Shown: one piece after another, positions 1 through 9,482 of the stretch
Numbering within the stretch: position 1 is the first letter of the stretch
Layout of the letters: every line of letters begins with the position of its first letter
Origin: Ilumatobacteraceae bacterium
GTDB taxonomy: Bacteria; Actinomycetota; Acidimicrobiia; Acidimicrobiales; Ilumatobacteraceae
DNA: 36,543 nt
Assembly: GCA_023253435.1 (NCBI GenBank)
Contig: JALRGJ010000001.1
Span: forward strand, 1 to 36,543
Reading direction: 5' to 3'
Translations under genes and position numbers: made by a program
Notes under the pieces: model-generated
Databases searched by the model: none
What the model was told of the DNA's origin: nothing
What the model saw: the letters and a program-made list of their open reading frames with translations, nothing else

Positions 1-739
1 CATAAAGAGCCGCTAGGCGGTCGTGCTTGTTTTCAGGGCAATGAAATGCGGTATCGGTCATGCCAAGTGGATCAAAGATTCGCTTCTTCATAAATTCACC
101 AAGTGACATTCCAGTGATGACTTCTACAACACGTCCGAGCACATCAATAGACATTGAGTAGGCCCACTCAGTGCCAGGCTGAAAGAGAAGTGGGAGCTCT
201 GCGAGAGCGTCACAAATTTGCTCAAGGTTCATTCCCTTGGGGGTTCCCCATTCAAAACCGGCATTTCGGTACATCTGGTCAACAGGGTTTGAATACACAA
301 ACCCATATGTGAGCCCTGCAGTATGAGAGAACAAATGCCACATCTTCATGGGCTCGGTCACTGGCTCGTACATGGGTGCCGTGAGAGTTCCTGAACGAAA
401 TACTTTTTGATTTCCAAACGAAGGAATAAACCACTTCACCTGATCTGTCAGTTCAAACTTTCCCTCTTCCCACAAGATCATTGCGGCAACGGCACATATT
501 GGTTTGGTCATGGAGTAGATGCGATAAATGGTGTCGTCCGCGATGGGTTTTTTATTTTCCACGTCTGCGAATCCGTATTTTCCGCTGTACGCCAACTTGC
601 CTTCTCGGGCAACAGTGATATGGAATCCAGGCAACTTGCCACTGTCCACGTAGGTGGCAAAGTGAGAAGTGATTCGTTCCAGACGCTGTGGGTCTAGGCC
701 AAGTTCAGAGGGATCAACGGTGACATCAAGAGAAGACAT
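1..739 (-). CDS. Serine hydrolase of the beta-lactamase/transpeptidase-like family (esterase or class-C beta-lactamase-like). The 3' end is cut by the window edge.
   Basis: This is my own translation of the minus strand from the ATG (reverse complement of 737-739). It reads MSSLDVTVDPSELGLDPQRLERITSHF...DDTIYRIYSMTKPICAVAAM...HTAGLTYG...GMTDTAFHCPENKHDRLAALY and stays open to position 1. It carries the S-x-x-K nucleophile motif (SMTK). It is absent from the ORF track because it runs off the window. Confidence 0.8.
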   Translation of the reverse strand, partial: MSSLDVTVDPSELGLDPQRLERITSHFATYVDSGKLPGFHITVAREGKLAYSGKYGFADVENKKPIADDTIYRIYSMTKPICAVAAMILWEEGKFELTDQVKWFIPSFGNQKVFRSGTLTAPMYEPVTEPMKMWHLFSHTAGLTYGFVYSNPVDQMYRNAGFEWGTPKGMNLEQICDALAELPLLFQPGTEWAYSMSIDVLGRVVEVITGMSLGEFMKKRIFDPLGMTDTAFHCPENKHDRLAALY

Positions 740-839
740 GTGCGCATAGTAGGGGGGTGACTATGGTCACGGGCTATTTGGAGGGGTAATATTCAGGTAG
801 CGTTGGTTTAGGCAAACGCCTAAAAATGGGGGACATGAC

Positions 840-2051
840 ATGACGGGTTATATCGATTGGTCAACTGACTACGACATCTTCGATAAGGGGTATATCGAGA
901 ATCCATTTTCCATTTGGGATGATCTGAGAGAAAAATGCCCAATTGCCCACACGGATCGCTGGGGTGAATCGTGGTTGCCTACTGAGTACGACACCGTCAC
1001 AAAGATGGCGCGTGAGCCAGAACTTTTTTCATCACGTGAAATCTTGGTAGTTCCTCCTGTAGGCGTTGGCACAGGCCCGTACGGCGTCACAACAGGTGCA
1101 CCTATTTCAGTTGATGCACCAGTTCATACATGGACGCGCCGTCAGCTACTTCCTGCATTCTCTCCACGAGCCGTTGATGAATTAGAAGTTTTTACTCGTG
1201 CATGGTGCCGTGAACTGATGGACAATCTTGTGCGAAAAGATCAAGCAGACATTGCTGTTGAGTATGCACAACAAATTCCTGCACAGGTGATTGCAACCAT
1301 GTTGGGTGTTCCCACAACAATGAAAGATCAATTCACTACGTGGGTGCGAAACACACTTGAAGCCGGTCTGGCTAATCCAGAACTTCGTATTCAGGCTCGT
1401 GATGAACTTCAAGTGTTCTTTATGTCTGAAATCATCAAGCGTCGCGAATCTGGTTCAACTGATGATCTCATTGGTGAGCTGGTACATGCTGAGCATGAGG
1501 GAGAACCATTCCCCGACGATTTGATTTTGGGAATGTGTGGACTCTTGTTGATTGCTGGAGTTGACACAACTTGGAGCGGTATTGGTTCGTCCCTGTGGCA
1601 CCTTGCAACAAACAAAGAAGATCGCGATCGTTTGGTGCGTGAGCCAGAACTAATTCCATCTGCAGTTGAAGAATTTTTGCGTGCCTATTCACCAGTCACC
1701 ATGGCTCGCCTTGTCAATGACGACATGGAGTATCAAGGTTGTCCCATGAAGGCTGGAGATCGTGTGCTCATGGCATTCCCTGCTGCAAACCGAGATCCAA
1801 AGCATTTTGATCGACCCAATGAAGTAATCATTGACCGTGAACACAACCGTCACGTTGCATTTGGCGCTGGTATCCACCGTTGCGTTGGCTCAAACCTTGC
1901 TCGTATGGAGATGCGCGTTGCTATTGAGGAGTTTCTTGCACGTGTTCCAGATTTCGAACTGCGTGACGATGCAGAAGTGACATGGGCAGGAGGACAAGTG
2001 CGTGGTCCTCGTACGATTCCGGTGAACTTTAATAAAAAGAACGCTCACTAA
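840..2051 (+). CDS. Cytochrome P450 monooxygenase
   Basis: 403 aa. It has the I-helix AGVDTT, the ExxR motif (EEFLR) and the heme-thiolate loop FGAGIHRCVGSNLA. A G-rich SD (GGGGGA) lies just upstream of the ATG. Confidence 0.95.
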   Translation: MTGYIDWSTDYDIFDKGYIENPFSIWDDLREKCPIAHTDRWGESWLPTEYDTVTKMAREPELFSSREILVVPPVGVGTGPYGVTTGAPISVDAPVHTWTRRQLLPAFSPRAVDELEVFTRAWCRELMDNLVRKDQADIAVEYAQQIPAQVIATMLGVPTTMKDQFTTWVRNTLEAGLANPELRIQARDELQVFFMSEIIKRRESGSTDDLIGELVHAEHEGEPFPDDLILGMCGLLLIAGVDTTWSGIGSSLWHLATNKEDRDRLVREPELIPSAVEEFLRAYSPVTMARLVNDDMEYQGCPMKAGDRVLMAFPAANRDPKHFDRPNEVIIDREHNRHVAFGAGIHRCVGSNLARMEMRVAIEEFLARVPDFELRDDAEVTWAGGQVRGPRTIPVNFNKKNAH

Positions 2052-2088
2052 AAATCTTTGCAGCAGGAAATTGCGCGCAAAAGTAAAG

Positions 2089-2445
2089 TTACTTTTTTGC
2101 AAAATCTCTAAATGCTGAGAGGGCTCTTGGTCCATACACTGTCCCCGGGCCTCCACTCATCAGCAATGCAACACCGATTGCCTCGGCAACTTCTTCCTCA
2201 GTTGCGCCATGTATCGCAGCTCCCCGAGCATGAGAGGCGATGCAGCCATCACAACGGAGAGCAATCCCAATAGAGAGCGCCATCAGCTCTTTTACTTTCC
2301 TGTCTAATTTTCCTTCAGCCATTGCTGCTTTGTGCAATTGACCAAATCCTTCGTAGACACCAGGAATAAGTGCTCGTAACTCTCGACCCTCTCCGGCCAG
2401 TTGTTCAAGCACGCCACGTCCGTGGTCATGTGAGTGCTCTGTCAT
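2089..2445 (-). CDS. Carboxymuconolactone decarboxylase / AhpD-like family protein
   Basis: 118 aa. The CxxC-containing core LRCDGCIASH is typical of the AhpD/CMD fold. It is the last gene of the minus-strand string with the upstream kinase and sulfatase. Confidence 0.8.
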   Translation of the reverse strand: MTEHSHDHGRGVLEQLAGEGRELRALIPGVYEGFGQLHKAAMAEGKLDRKVKELMALSIGIALRCDGCIASHARGAAIHGATEEEVAEAIGVALLMSGGPGTVYGPRALSAFRDFAKK

Positions 2446-2492
2446 ATCGTCAGTCTGCCCTATTGAAGGCGTAACAATGAGATCAGAAGTCT

Positions 2493-3599
2493 TTACAGAA
2501 GTACTTTCAGAGCATCGTTGTCTACAACGGCGCGCAAAGACCGATTCAGCATGTCTCGTAACAGACTCTTTCCTCGGTCATTGTTCTCTTCAAAAGAAGG
2601 AAATGCTGTAACGGAGTACGTCACACAGAAGCAAATACCAATCAAATATTGGCGCATCATTTCTTTGCGCTCATATGTAACACCATGGTGATCGAGACGA
2701 CTGAAATATGTGTTCAAGAGTTCTTCATCGTGCCCGTGGCGAACATCTGGGTGAATTGATTGACTAATGAAATAGGCAACGTCGTACATTCCGCTACCTG
2801 TGCCAGTGATCTGGAAGTCAATGACCGCTGGATGATCGCCGTCAAACATGAGGTTGTCTGCTCGAAAATCACCATGACACAACGTTTTTGGCGACATCAT
2901 GTTTTGAAGCATCCACATGCACTTTTCCGACCATATTTCTCCAATTTTGGCAACTGAGTCTGGAATGAGATCGCCGGCATGCTGTTGTACTGCGGGCCAT
3001 GCATTGCTGAACATTGGTGGAAGCACAAATTCATAGGTGGGGTTAGCGACAGGTTTAAAGGTTTGCTCAATCTCTTCTAGTTTTGGGCTACCCCACCACA
3101 TGGCATGAAAATCTGCCAACACTTCGAGAAGTTTTTTAGCTTCTACCAAAGAGACACCCTCTAATTGATTCAAAGGACGCATGTAACCGATGTCTTCCAT
3201 TGCAATTGTGAAGTCGGTGTTGTCGCTAGCAATTGCTTGTCCGTAGCACTTTGCCGTTTTGAATGGTGCGTCTGGTGCACAGTCTCTGTAGAAGATCAAT
3301 TCACGAATATAAAATTCGAGTGCGTCGGCAGCGAATCGAAGATTGCCATCTGATGTGGGGTACTTCACAACAAATGATTTTGGCCCCGCTGCGGCGTTGG
3401 AATATGTGGGAGTAACACGTTGCAGCACACTCAGAATTCCCACACCTTCACCAATACGATCGGTGGTAAAACCAGTAACTGTGACGTCTTTTGGAAGTGC
3501 ACCACTGCCGTGCAATACACCTTGCACCCATGATGTAGTGATGTCTTCCTCAGAACGAATAAGTCCAAGTCCGGATGCGTTGAGATCCACAATTGCCAT
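2493..3599 (-). CDS. Phosphotransferase with a protein-kinase-like fold (APH / choline-kinase / EcKL-type)
   Basis: It has the catalytic loop HGDFRADNLMF and the metal-binding VIDFQ. I moved the start to the ATG at 3599 (MAIVDLNASG...) because GGGGGAA lies 7 nt upstream. The 90-codon extension in the track overlaps the sulfatase 3' end and does not look protein-like. Confidence 0.8.
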   Translation of the reverse strand: MAIVDLNASGLGLIRSEEDITTSWVQGVLHGSGALPKDVTVTGFTTDRIGEGVGILSVLQRVTPTYSNAAAGPKSFVVKYPTSDGNLRFAADALEFYIRELIFYRDCAPDAPFKTAKCYGQAIASDNTDFTIAMEDIGYMRPLNQLEGVSLVEAKKLLEVLADFHAMWWGSPKLEEIEQTFKPVANPTYEFVLPPMFSNAWPAVQQHAGDLIPDSVAKIGEIWSEKCMWMLQNMMSPKTLCHGDFRADNLMFDGDHPAVIDFQITGTGSGMYDVAYFISQSIHPDVRHGHDEELLNTYFSRLDHHGVTYERKEMMRQYLIGICFCVTYSVTAFPSFEENNDRGKSLLRDMLNRSLRAVVDNDALKVLL

Positions 3600-3648
3600 G
3601 ATTAGTTCCCCCTGTTTGATGCATTCCCCCGAATGCAGTGACGGAACT

Positions 3649-5931
3649 CTACTGCTGAGAGAGTGCTGCGCGCATCTCGCCTTCTGGGTCTCTATATGTG
3701 GGGCCAATCGCATCGATAGTGACCCGGTGTAGGACTCCTTCTGGGATGACTGCTTTTCCTGGCATATCTGGCGTGATAGCACCCATGCGCTGATAACCCA
3801 CCGCAAATGGATCAACGCCGTAGGAAATGGGCGTGGTGATGGGAATGACACCACTGCCAACGGGAACATCCCCGTAGTACAGGTTCATTTCACCACGGAA
3901 ACGACCTGTTGCATTAAAGACTGCTCTCAACACAACATCGCCATTTGGTATTTCTTCACTCGCGGAAATTGTTGTGGCCATTGCACCTAAGAAGTTGTGC
4001 ACGTAATGCAGGCGTCGCCCTTTGAGGTACATGGCATAACCACCAGCATGACCACCGTGACACACAATGACACCGTCACAGTTTTGATCAGCAGAAATGG
4101 ATACTTCAGCCGCAATATGGAACGATCGATTGCGCAAGTTAGGTGCAGTGGTTTCGGGAATTGAACCAATGCCAGCGTGAAATACATATCGGTCTCGGCG
4201 GAATCGTCTGTCGTAATAACGCCCAGGTTGGTTATTGAGCGGCAGAACTTGATTCTTGTCTGCCTCTATCCACCACAGTTTTTGGAGTTCTGCCAATTTC
4301 TCTGGGAATTTTGCAGATACCTCATGACACTCACTGAAATCTTCAGCAACGTGATACAACTCCCAAATGTCGTCTTCAAAACTACGCTTTGAAATTTCTT
4401 TGTCTTCGTAATTTGCCATCAGTGGTGGGTGGTACACAACTGCTTTCCAACCATCGTGATAGATGGCTCGAGAGCCCATCATTTCGTAATACTGAGTGAC
4501 ATGTTGCGAAGGCGCTTTTTTATCTTTTAGTGCGTACGCAAAACTTGTCCCTTCAATGGGATTTTGTTCAACACCTTTAATTATTTGAGGTGCCTCTACT
4601 CCGAGAAGTTCAAGAAGTGTTGGCTTGAGGTCAATGGCATGCACATATTGGTGTCGTGTTTCTCCAGGAGTACCAATTCCTTTTGGCCAGTGAATGATCA
4701 TTGGGTCGCACACGCCACCTTCGTGCGTGTCTCTCTTGAACCTTTTCAGCGGTGTGTTGCCTGCCCAAGCCCAGCCCCATGGATAGTGGTTGTTGCTGTG
4801 TTCAGTGCCGATGTCATCGAGGTGACGCAAGTTTTCCTCAAGGCTCTCAGGAACGAAGTTGAAGAAGTATTTCTCATTGTGGCTTCCGCTTGGTCCACCT
4901 TCGGCAGATGCGCCGTTGTCGCTCATGACAACAACAATGGTGTTATCGAGTTCACCCAAAGAATCCACAAATTGCAAGAGACGTCCCACTTGTTCATCTG
5001 TGTGAGTCATGAAACCAGCAAATGCCTCCATGAGCCTTGTGTACAAAAGCTTCTGATCATCGGATAATGAATCCCATGCCGGAACCCAACTTGGACGTTC
5101 AGACAACTCAGTACCTTCTGGCAAAAGACCAGATGCAAGTTGACGTGCGAATACTTCCTCACGCCATGCATCCCAACCCTTGTCAAACTTGCCTCTATAG
5201 GCATCGATATAACGCTTTGGTGCTTGGTGCGGAGCATGACATGCACCAGGTGCGTAATACATGAAGAAAGGCTTCACGGGTGAATACGCGCGCAAATCTT
5301 TGATGAATTGAATTGCTTTGTCTGTGAGATCTTCAGTGATGTGATATCCCTCAGCAGGTGTTGCAGGTGGATCCACTTGATGATTGTCATGAATGAGGTC
5401 TGGGTGGTACTGGTCTGTTTCGCCTGCAAGGAAACCGTAGAACCTGTCGAATCCTTTGCTCAGTGGCCAGTGATCTCGTGGTCCACCATCGTGGTTTTCA
5501 TAAGCGGGGGAGAGGTGCCATTTTCCTAACGCATAGTTTGCGTATCCATTCAAATTGAGAACTTCAGAAATGAAACCATTTTCATGAGGGATGATGGCGT
5601 CATAACCAGGGAAGCCTTGGGCAAATTCCACCACACACGCCATTCCTGACGCATGATGGTTGCGGCCAGTCATTAAACATGCACGTGTTGGCGAACACAG
5701 CGCTGTGGTGTGGTAGTTAGCAAAACGCAAACCATTGGCAGCCAGTTTGTCGAATGTTGGTGTGTTGAGATCGGATCCGTAACAACCAAATTGTGCATAA
5801 CCAACATCATCTAGGAGTACAACGATGATGTTGGGAGAGTTCTCAGCTGGGGTTTCTAATGGTGGCCACCAAGCAGTTGAGTCAGTGAAGTACTTCCCAA
5901 TTTCACCTTCGAAGTTCTTTTTGAGTCCCAT
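3649..5931 (-). CDS. Arylsulfatase (type I, formylglycine-dependent sulfatase family)
   Basis: It has the sulfatase signature CSPTRACLMTGR (C-x-P-x-R), the N-terminal metal site VVLLDDVGY, and GKWHLS. The start is set to the ATG at 5931 (MGLKKNFEG...), preceded by AAGGGAG. Confidence 0.9.
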   Translation of the reverse strand: MGLKKNFEGEIGKYFTDSTAWWPPLETPAENSPNIIVVLLDDVGYAQFGCYGSDLNTPTFDKLAANGLRFANYHTTALCSPTRACLMTGRNHHASGMACVVEFAQGFPGYDAIIPHENGFISEVLNLNGYANYALGKWHLSPAYENHDGGPRDHWPLSKGFDRFYGFLAGETDQYHPDLIHDNHQVDPPATPAEGYHITEDLTDKAIQFIKDLRAYSPVKPFFMYYAPGACHAPHQAPKRYIDAYRGKFDKGWDAWREEVFARQLASGLLPEGTELSERPSWVPAWDSLSDDQKLLYTRLMEAFAGFMTHTDEQVGRLLQFVDSLGELDNTIVVVMSDNGASAEGGPSGSHNEKYFFNFVPESLEENLRHLDDIGTEHSNNHYPWGWAWAGNTPLKRFKRDTHEGGVCDPMIIHWPKGIGTPGETRHQYVHAIDLKPTLLELLGVEAPQIIKGVEQNPIEGTSFAYALKDKKAPSQHVTQYYEMMGSRAIYHDGWKAVVYHPPLMANYEDKEISKRSFEDDIWELYHVAEDFSECHEVSAKFPEKLAELQKLWWIEADKNQVLPLNNQPGRYYDRRFRRDRYVFHAGIGSIPETTAPNLRNRSFHIAAEVSISADQNCDGVIVCHGGHAGGYAMYLKGRRLHYVHNFLGAMATTISASEEIPNGDVVLRAVFNATGRFRGEMNLYYGDVPVGSGVIPITTPISYGVDPFAVGYQRMGAITPDMPGKAVIPEGVLHRVTIDAIGPTYRDPEGEMRAALSQQ

Positions 5932-6035
5932 GATCGCTCCCTTATTCCACGGTGAAGAACAAACTACTTGCCAGAAAAGAGGGGGATTTTGAGTAGAGCC
6001 CATTTAGGGCTGTGTTGGTTAGTGAATGACGGTGG

Positions 6036-6884
6036 CTACGGCTGAACGCAGGTATTTGTTGTGGTGCCAATGCCATCAAGAGTGGACACAAGCACGTCAC
6101 CTGGCTTCAAGGTGATAGGTGGCTTTCGGGAGAACCCAACCCCACCAGGAGTTCCCGTGAAAATCACGTCTCCAGGAAGAAGCTGAACAATTCCAGACAA
6201 GTAGGAGATGATGTCGCTCACAGAAAAGATCAAATCATCTGTGACGGTATCTTGCACAACCTCTCCGTTCAATGTGCAGGTCATGTGAAGTGCATCTTTG
6301 TTAGGCACTTCTTGTGCATCCACTAGCCAAGGGCCAAATGGCGAATAGTTTTTTCTGCTCTTACCCAAATTGAATTGAGGGGGAGTGGTAGCAAACTGAA
6401 GCGCTCTGTCGGAAATGTCTTGGCCCACACAAATGCCCGCAACATGATTCCAGGCATTTTCTTTTGCAATGTCCCTTCCACCACTTGCCATCACTACAAC
6501 GAGTTCAACCTCCCAATCCACGGAGCCACCGTAAATGGGAACATCTGCATTGCCGTGTGCAACCGATGATGAGAATTTGGTGAATGTCAGAGGGGCAGTG
6601 GGAATGGGCATGCCACTTTCTTCTGCATGGGTTCTGTAATTCAATCCAATTCCAAATACTTGAGTAGGCCAGGGTGAGGGTGCATCAAGTTCATTCACAT
6701 CACAAGGAACACCTGTGTCGGTCACTGTTGCTGCAAACTGGCGTACTTCGTCCCATCGGTGAAATGCATCGATGGGTTCAGAAGAGAACTTGCCACCACT
6801 TGCCTTTTCCAGATCAACGAGGTGATTGTTGGGGCCGACTACTAATTGGGCCCTGCCGTCTTTACAGGTGAAACGAAAGCTCAT
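6036..6884 (-). CDS. Fumarylacetoacetate hydrolase (FAH) family protein
   Basis: It has the FAH-fold C-terminal half (GIGLNYRTHAEE, EVELVVVM, GDVIFTGTPGGVG). The start is either the ATG at 6884 (MSFRF...) or the in-frame GTG at 6893. I cannot discriminate between them. Confidence 0.85.
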   Translation of the reverse strand: MSFRFTCKDGRAQLVVGPNNHLVDLEKASGGKFSSEPIDAFHRWDEVRQFAATVTDTGVPCDVNELDAPSPWPTQVFGIGLNYRTHAEESGMPIPTAPLTFTKFSSSVAHGNADVPIYGGSVDWEVELVVVMASGGRDIAKENAWNHVAGICVGQDISDRALQFATTPPQFNLGKSRKNYSPFGPWLVDAQEVPNKDALHMTCTLNGEVVQDTVTDDLIFSVSDIISYLSGIVQLLPGDVIFTGTPGGVGFSRKPPITLKPGDVLVSTLDGIGTTTNTCVQP

Positions 6885-6901
6885 GGAGCCCACTATAGTC
6901 T

Positions 6902-6923
6902 TTATTAGACACTTGTCTAATAA
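6902..6923. promoter_or_regulatory. Perfect inverted repeat TTATTAGACA-CT-TGTCTAATAA. It is a candidate operator for the TetR encoded at 7477-8073.
   Basis: Read directly from the sequence. The arms are 10 bp with no mismatch. The repeat is centred in the 59-68 bp divergent intergenic region between the FAH gene (-) and the VOC-TetR-monooxygenase genes (+). Confidence 0.5.
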
Positions 6924-6952
6924 CTGGATTCGTACACAGAAAAGGAATTCTC

Positions 6953-7477
6953 ATGGCCTCTCCCATCAAATTTGCCCATGTTGTTCTCAAAACTGCTCGC
7001 TTTGCCGAACAACTTGAGTGGTGGAAAGACTTTCTCGGTGCAACGGCACGTCATGAAAATGACTTCATTGCATTTCTCTCTTATGACGATGAGCATCATC
7101 GAATTGCAATTGCAAATATGCCCCACCTCGGAGAAAAGATAAATGACACAGTGGGTGTAGAACACTTTGCGTTTACTTACGCCACGCTTGATGATTTGTT
7201 TGATCAGTATGAGCGAATGAAAGCCAAAGGAATTTCTCCGTATTGGATGATCAATCATGGAATGACTTTGTCTGCGTATTACAGAGATGTAGATGGCAAC
7301 CAGGTAGAGACCCAGTTTGACTCCATGTCTCTGGCAGATGCCGACACATTTATGGCAGGGCCACTATTTGCTGCCAACCCCATTGGCATAAATGTTGATT
7401 TTGAAGTTCTCATTGAGCGGTATCGCAATGGAGCAACTGTGGAGACAATCACGGATTATGCAACTGCAGGTCAGTAG
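6953..7477 (+). CDS. VOC (glyoxalase/bleomycin-resistance/extradiol dioxygenase fold) family protein
   Basis: 174 aa. The N-terminus KFAHVVLKTARFAEQLEWWKDFLG...HHRIAI...VEHFAFTY resembles small biphenyl-diol-dioxygenase-III-like VOC proteins. An SD (AAGGAA) lies upstream. Confidence 0.8.
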   Translation: MASPIKFAHVVLKTARFAEQLEWWKDFLGATARHENDFIAFLSYDDEHHRIAIANMPHLGEKINDTVGVEHFAFTYATLDDLFDQYERMKAKGISPYWMINHGMTLSAYYRDVDGNQVETQFDSMSLADADTFMAGPLFAANPIGINVDFEVLIERYRNGATVETITDYATAGQ

Positions 7478-8073
7478 TGGAAAAAACAAAAGAGAGACCA
7501 CTTCGTGATCGGGTAGATACCGAAGAACGGCTTATTGAAGCGGCCGCAGATTTACTTGGTGAACTGGGGCCGCGTGCAGTGAGTGTTCGCGTCATTGCGG
7601 AAAGAGCGGGAGTAAACCATGGGCTCGTTCATCATTATTTCGGTGGCAAGGCCGGTCTACTGCGGTCCGCAATGACCAAGTTGGTAAAAGACCATGAGTC
7701 ATATGCAGTTGGTCAATCTAAAGATAAGCGTTACCCAGCGCCATTAGCTCTCACTGGGGATCAACGATATTTACGTGCGGTTCTTCGCTGTGTTCTCGAT
7801 GGAGAGATGGAACTTGCAGAGATGGAATTGACAACAGACTCCTCGGTTCCACGTGCTGCACTCACTGCAGAAATGAAACGACGCAATGTTTCTCAGGCAG
7901 ATGCGCAACTAAAGGCCGCTTTTGGTCTCTTTATGGCGACTGAAATGGGTTGGGCAGCGCTTGAACCATTTATTTTTTCCGTAACACAAACTGCGAATGA
8001 CAAAGAAAAGCAAGAAGTACGTGATGCTGCAAGAACTCAACTGCGGCAAATGGAGATTGAGAAGTTCAGATGA
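7477..8073 (+). CDS. TetR/AcrR family transcriptional regulator
   Basis: N-terminal HTH: ERLIEAAADLLGELGPRAVSVRVIAERAGVNHGLVHHYFGGK. The GTG start overlaps the VOC stop codon (TAGTG). The 3' end overlaps the next gene by ATGA. Confidence 0.85.
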   Translation: MEKTKERPLRDRVDTEERLIEAAADLLGELGPRAVSVRVIAERAGVNHGLVHHYFGGKAGLLRSAMTKLVKDHESYAVGQSKDKRYPAPLALTGDQRYLRAVLRCVLDGEMELAEMELTTDSSVPRAALTAEMKRRNVSQADAQLKAAFGLFMATEMGWAALEPFIFSVTQTANDKEKQEVRDAARTQLRQMEIEKFR

Positions 8074-9482
8074 TCAACGTGGATGTTGTCATTCTTGGCG
8101 GGGGCCCTGTGGGATGTTTGCTTGGTGTCTTGCTCAATGACATGGGGGTATCCAACATGATTGTTGAACGTGATGTTGTGCCATATCAATTACCGCGCGC
8201 AATCGTCATGGATGATGAAATTCAGAGGCTATTTGTAGATCACGGTATGGGCGAGTGGCTACAAAATTTCACTTCACCGATGAAACGCGCAGATTTTGTT
8301 GGCGTAAATGATGAAGTGTTTATTGGTGCAGACATACCACCATTGGGTTTGCAGGGATTGCCACCTGTAGTGGCTCACTATCAACCACAACTAGACACCA
8401 TGTTGCGAGCAGAAGTGGAAAAGCGTGGTTCTCACGTGAGGTGGGGGCGCACGGTTTCATCTATGACAGATCTCGGTGAACAAGTTCTAACTGTTCTAGA
8501 CAATGGTGAGAATGTGACATCACGGTGGTTTATTGGAGCCGATGGTGCATCTAGTTGGACACGAAAACAAGTGGGCCTTTTACTTGAAGATCTCCGTTTT
8601 GATCAACAGTGGCTAGTGGTAGATGTGGAGCTACATGATGATTCCACAGCTTCACTTCCAGTGGGTGCACGTCAGTATTGCGTTCCGGAACGACCAACAA
8701 CCTATGTCCAAGGCCATGCAAAATATCGCCGTTGGGAGTTCCAAATTCAATTGGAGGAAGATGCAGAGCAACTCAATACTCATGAAGGATTGTGGGAATT
8801 GTTGTCTCCCTGGCTCACTTCTAAAGATGCAGATCTCATCAGATCAGCTGTGTATCGCTTTCATGCAGTGGTGGCTCCAGATATGCGAAAGGGCAATGTT
8901 TTCTTAGCTGGAGACTCCGCTCACCAAACTCCACCTTTTGCTGGGCAAGGTTTGAATTCGGGAATGCGCGATGCCATAAATCTGGCATGGAAGATGTCTT
9001 TAGTGGTGCGAGGACTTGCAACAGAAAAGATTCTCGATACGTATTCACAAGAGCGAGTGCCACATGTGAAGAGTGCTGTTGCGCATGCGGTAGATATGGG
9101 CCGCCTCATCGATCAATTGGCCGGACGCGTCAGTCATGGAGTTGATGTTGAGAGTGGCTACGGGGGTTCCCGTCCACAACCACATATTGAGTCAGGCATG
9201 GTGGTGGGAAATGATCCACGGGTGGGGCACCAGTTCTGGTATCACCAGGCAGTCTCTGAGGCAGTTCGCAAAAATCTTGCATCGTTTGCAGTGGTGTCAC
9301 GCACACCGATAGAGATGAGTGATGCGTGGGTGCAATTGAGTGCTGTCAATGTTGTTGCACCAGAAGCAGTTGGAGAGGATTTCGCAATTGTTGTGAGACC
9401 AGACCGATTTGTGGCAGGAGTAGCAAAGACTGCGAATGAACTAGAGCAGATAGCAACTACTCTCAGTGCTTATGTCCGATGA
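8070..9482 (+). CDS. FAD-dependent aromatic-ring monooxygenase (MhpA / phenol-hydroxylase-like)
   Basis: It has the GxGxxG motif VVILGGGPVGCLLG, the DG motif GADGASSWTR, and the FAD/ribityl motif FLAGDSAHQTPPFAGQGLNSGMRDAINLAWK. Confidence 0.9.
   Translation: MINVDVVILGGGPVGCLLGVLLNDMGVSNMIVERDVVPYQLPRAIVMDDEIQRLFVDHGMGEWLQNFTSPMKRADFVGVNDEVFIGADIPPLGLQGLPPVVAHYQPQLDTMLRAEVEKRGSHVRWGRTVSSMTDLGEQVLTVLDNGENVTSRWFIGADGASSWTRKQVGLLLEDLRFDQQWLVVDVELHDDSTASLPVGARQYCVPERPTTYVQGHAKYRRWEFQIQLEEDAEQLNTHEGLWELLSPWLTSKDADLIRSAVYRFHAVVAPDMRKGNVFLAGDSAHQTPPFAGQGLNSGMRDAINLAWKMSLVVRGLATEKILDTYSQERVPHVKSAVAHAVDMGRLIDQLAGRVSHGVDVESGYGGSRPQPHIESGMVVGNDPRVGHQFWYHQAVSEAVRKNLASFAVVSRTPIEMSDAWVQLSAVNVVAPEAVGEDFAIVVRPDRFVAGVAKTANELEQIATTLSAYVR

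Noticed and set aside
407-697. 96-aa plus-strand ORF from the track
   Set aside because: It lies entirely antisense to a well-supported serine hydrolase frame (SMTK motif) and has no recognisable motif or SD.
807-824. Inverted repeat TTTAGGC-AAAC-GCCTAAA upstream of the P450 gene
   Set aside because: The repeat is real, but the arms are only 7 bp and no cognate regulator is adjacent. It is too short to separate from chance without comparative data.
3600-3869. 90-codon N-terminal extension of the phosphotransferase ORF (track start at 3869)
   Set aside because: The extension overlaps the 3' end of the sulfatase gene and has a non-protein-like sequence. The internal ATG at 3599 has a strong SD and gives a normal kinase N-terminus.
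5932-6003. 24-codon N-terminal extension of the sulfatase ORF
   Set aside because: The ATG at 5931 is preceded by AAGGGAG, and the extension has no SD. This only changes the start codon, not the gene call.
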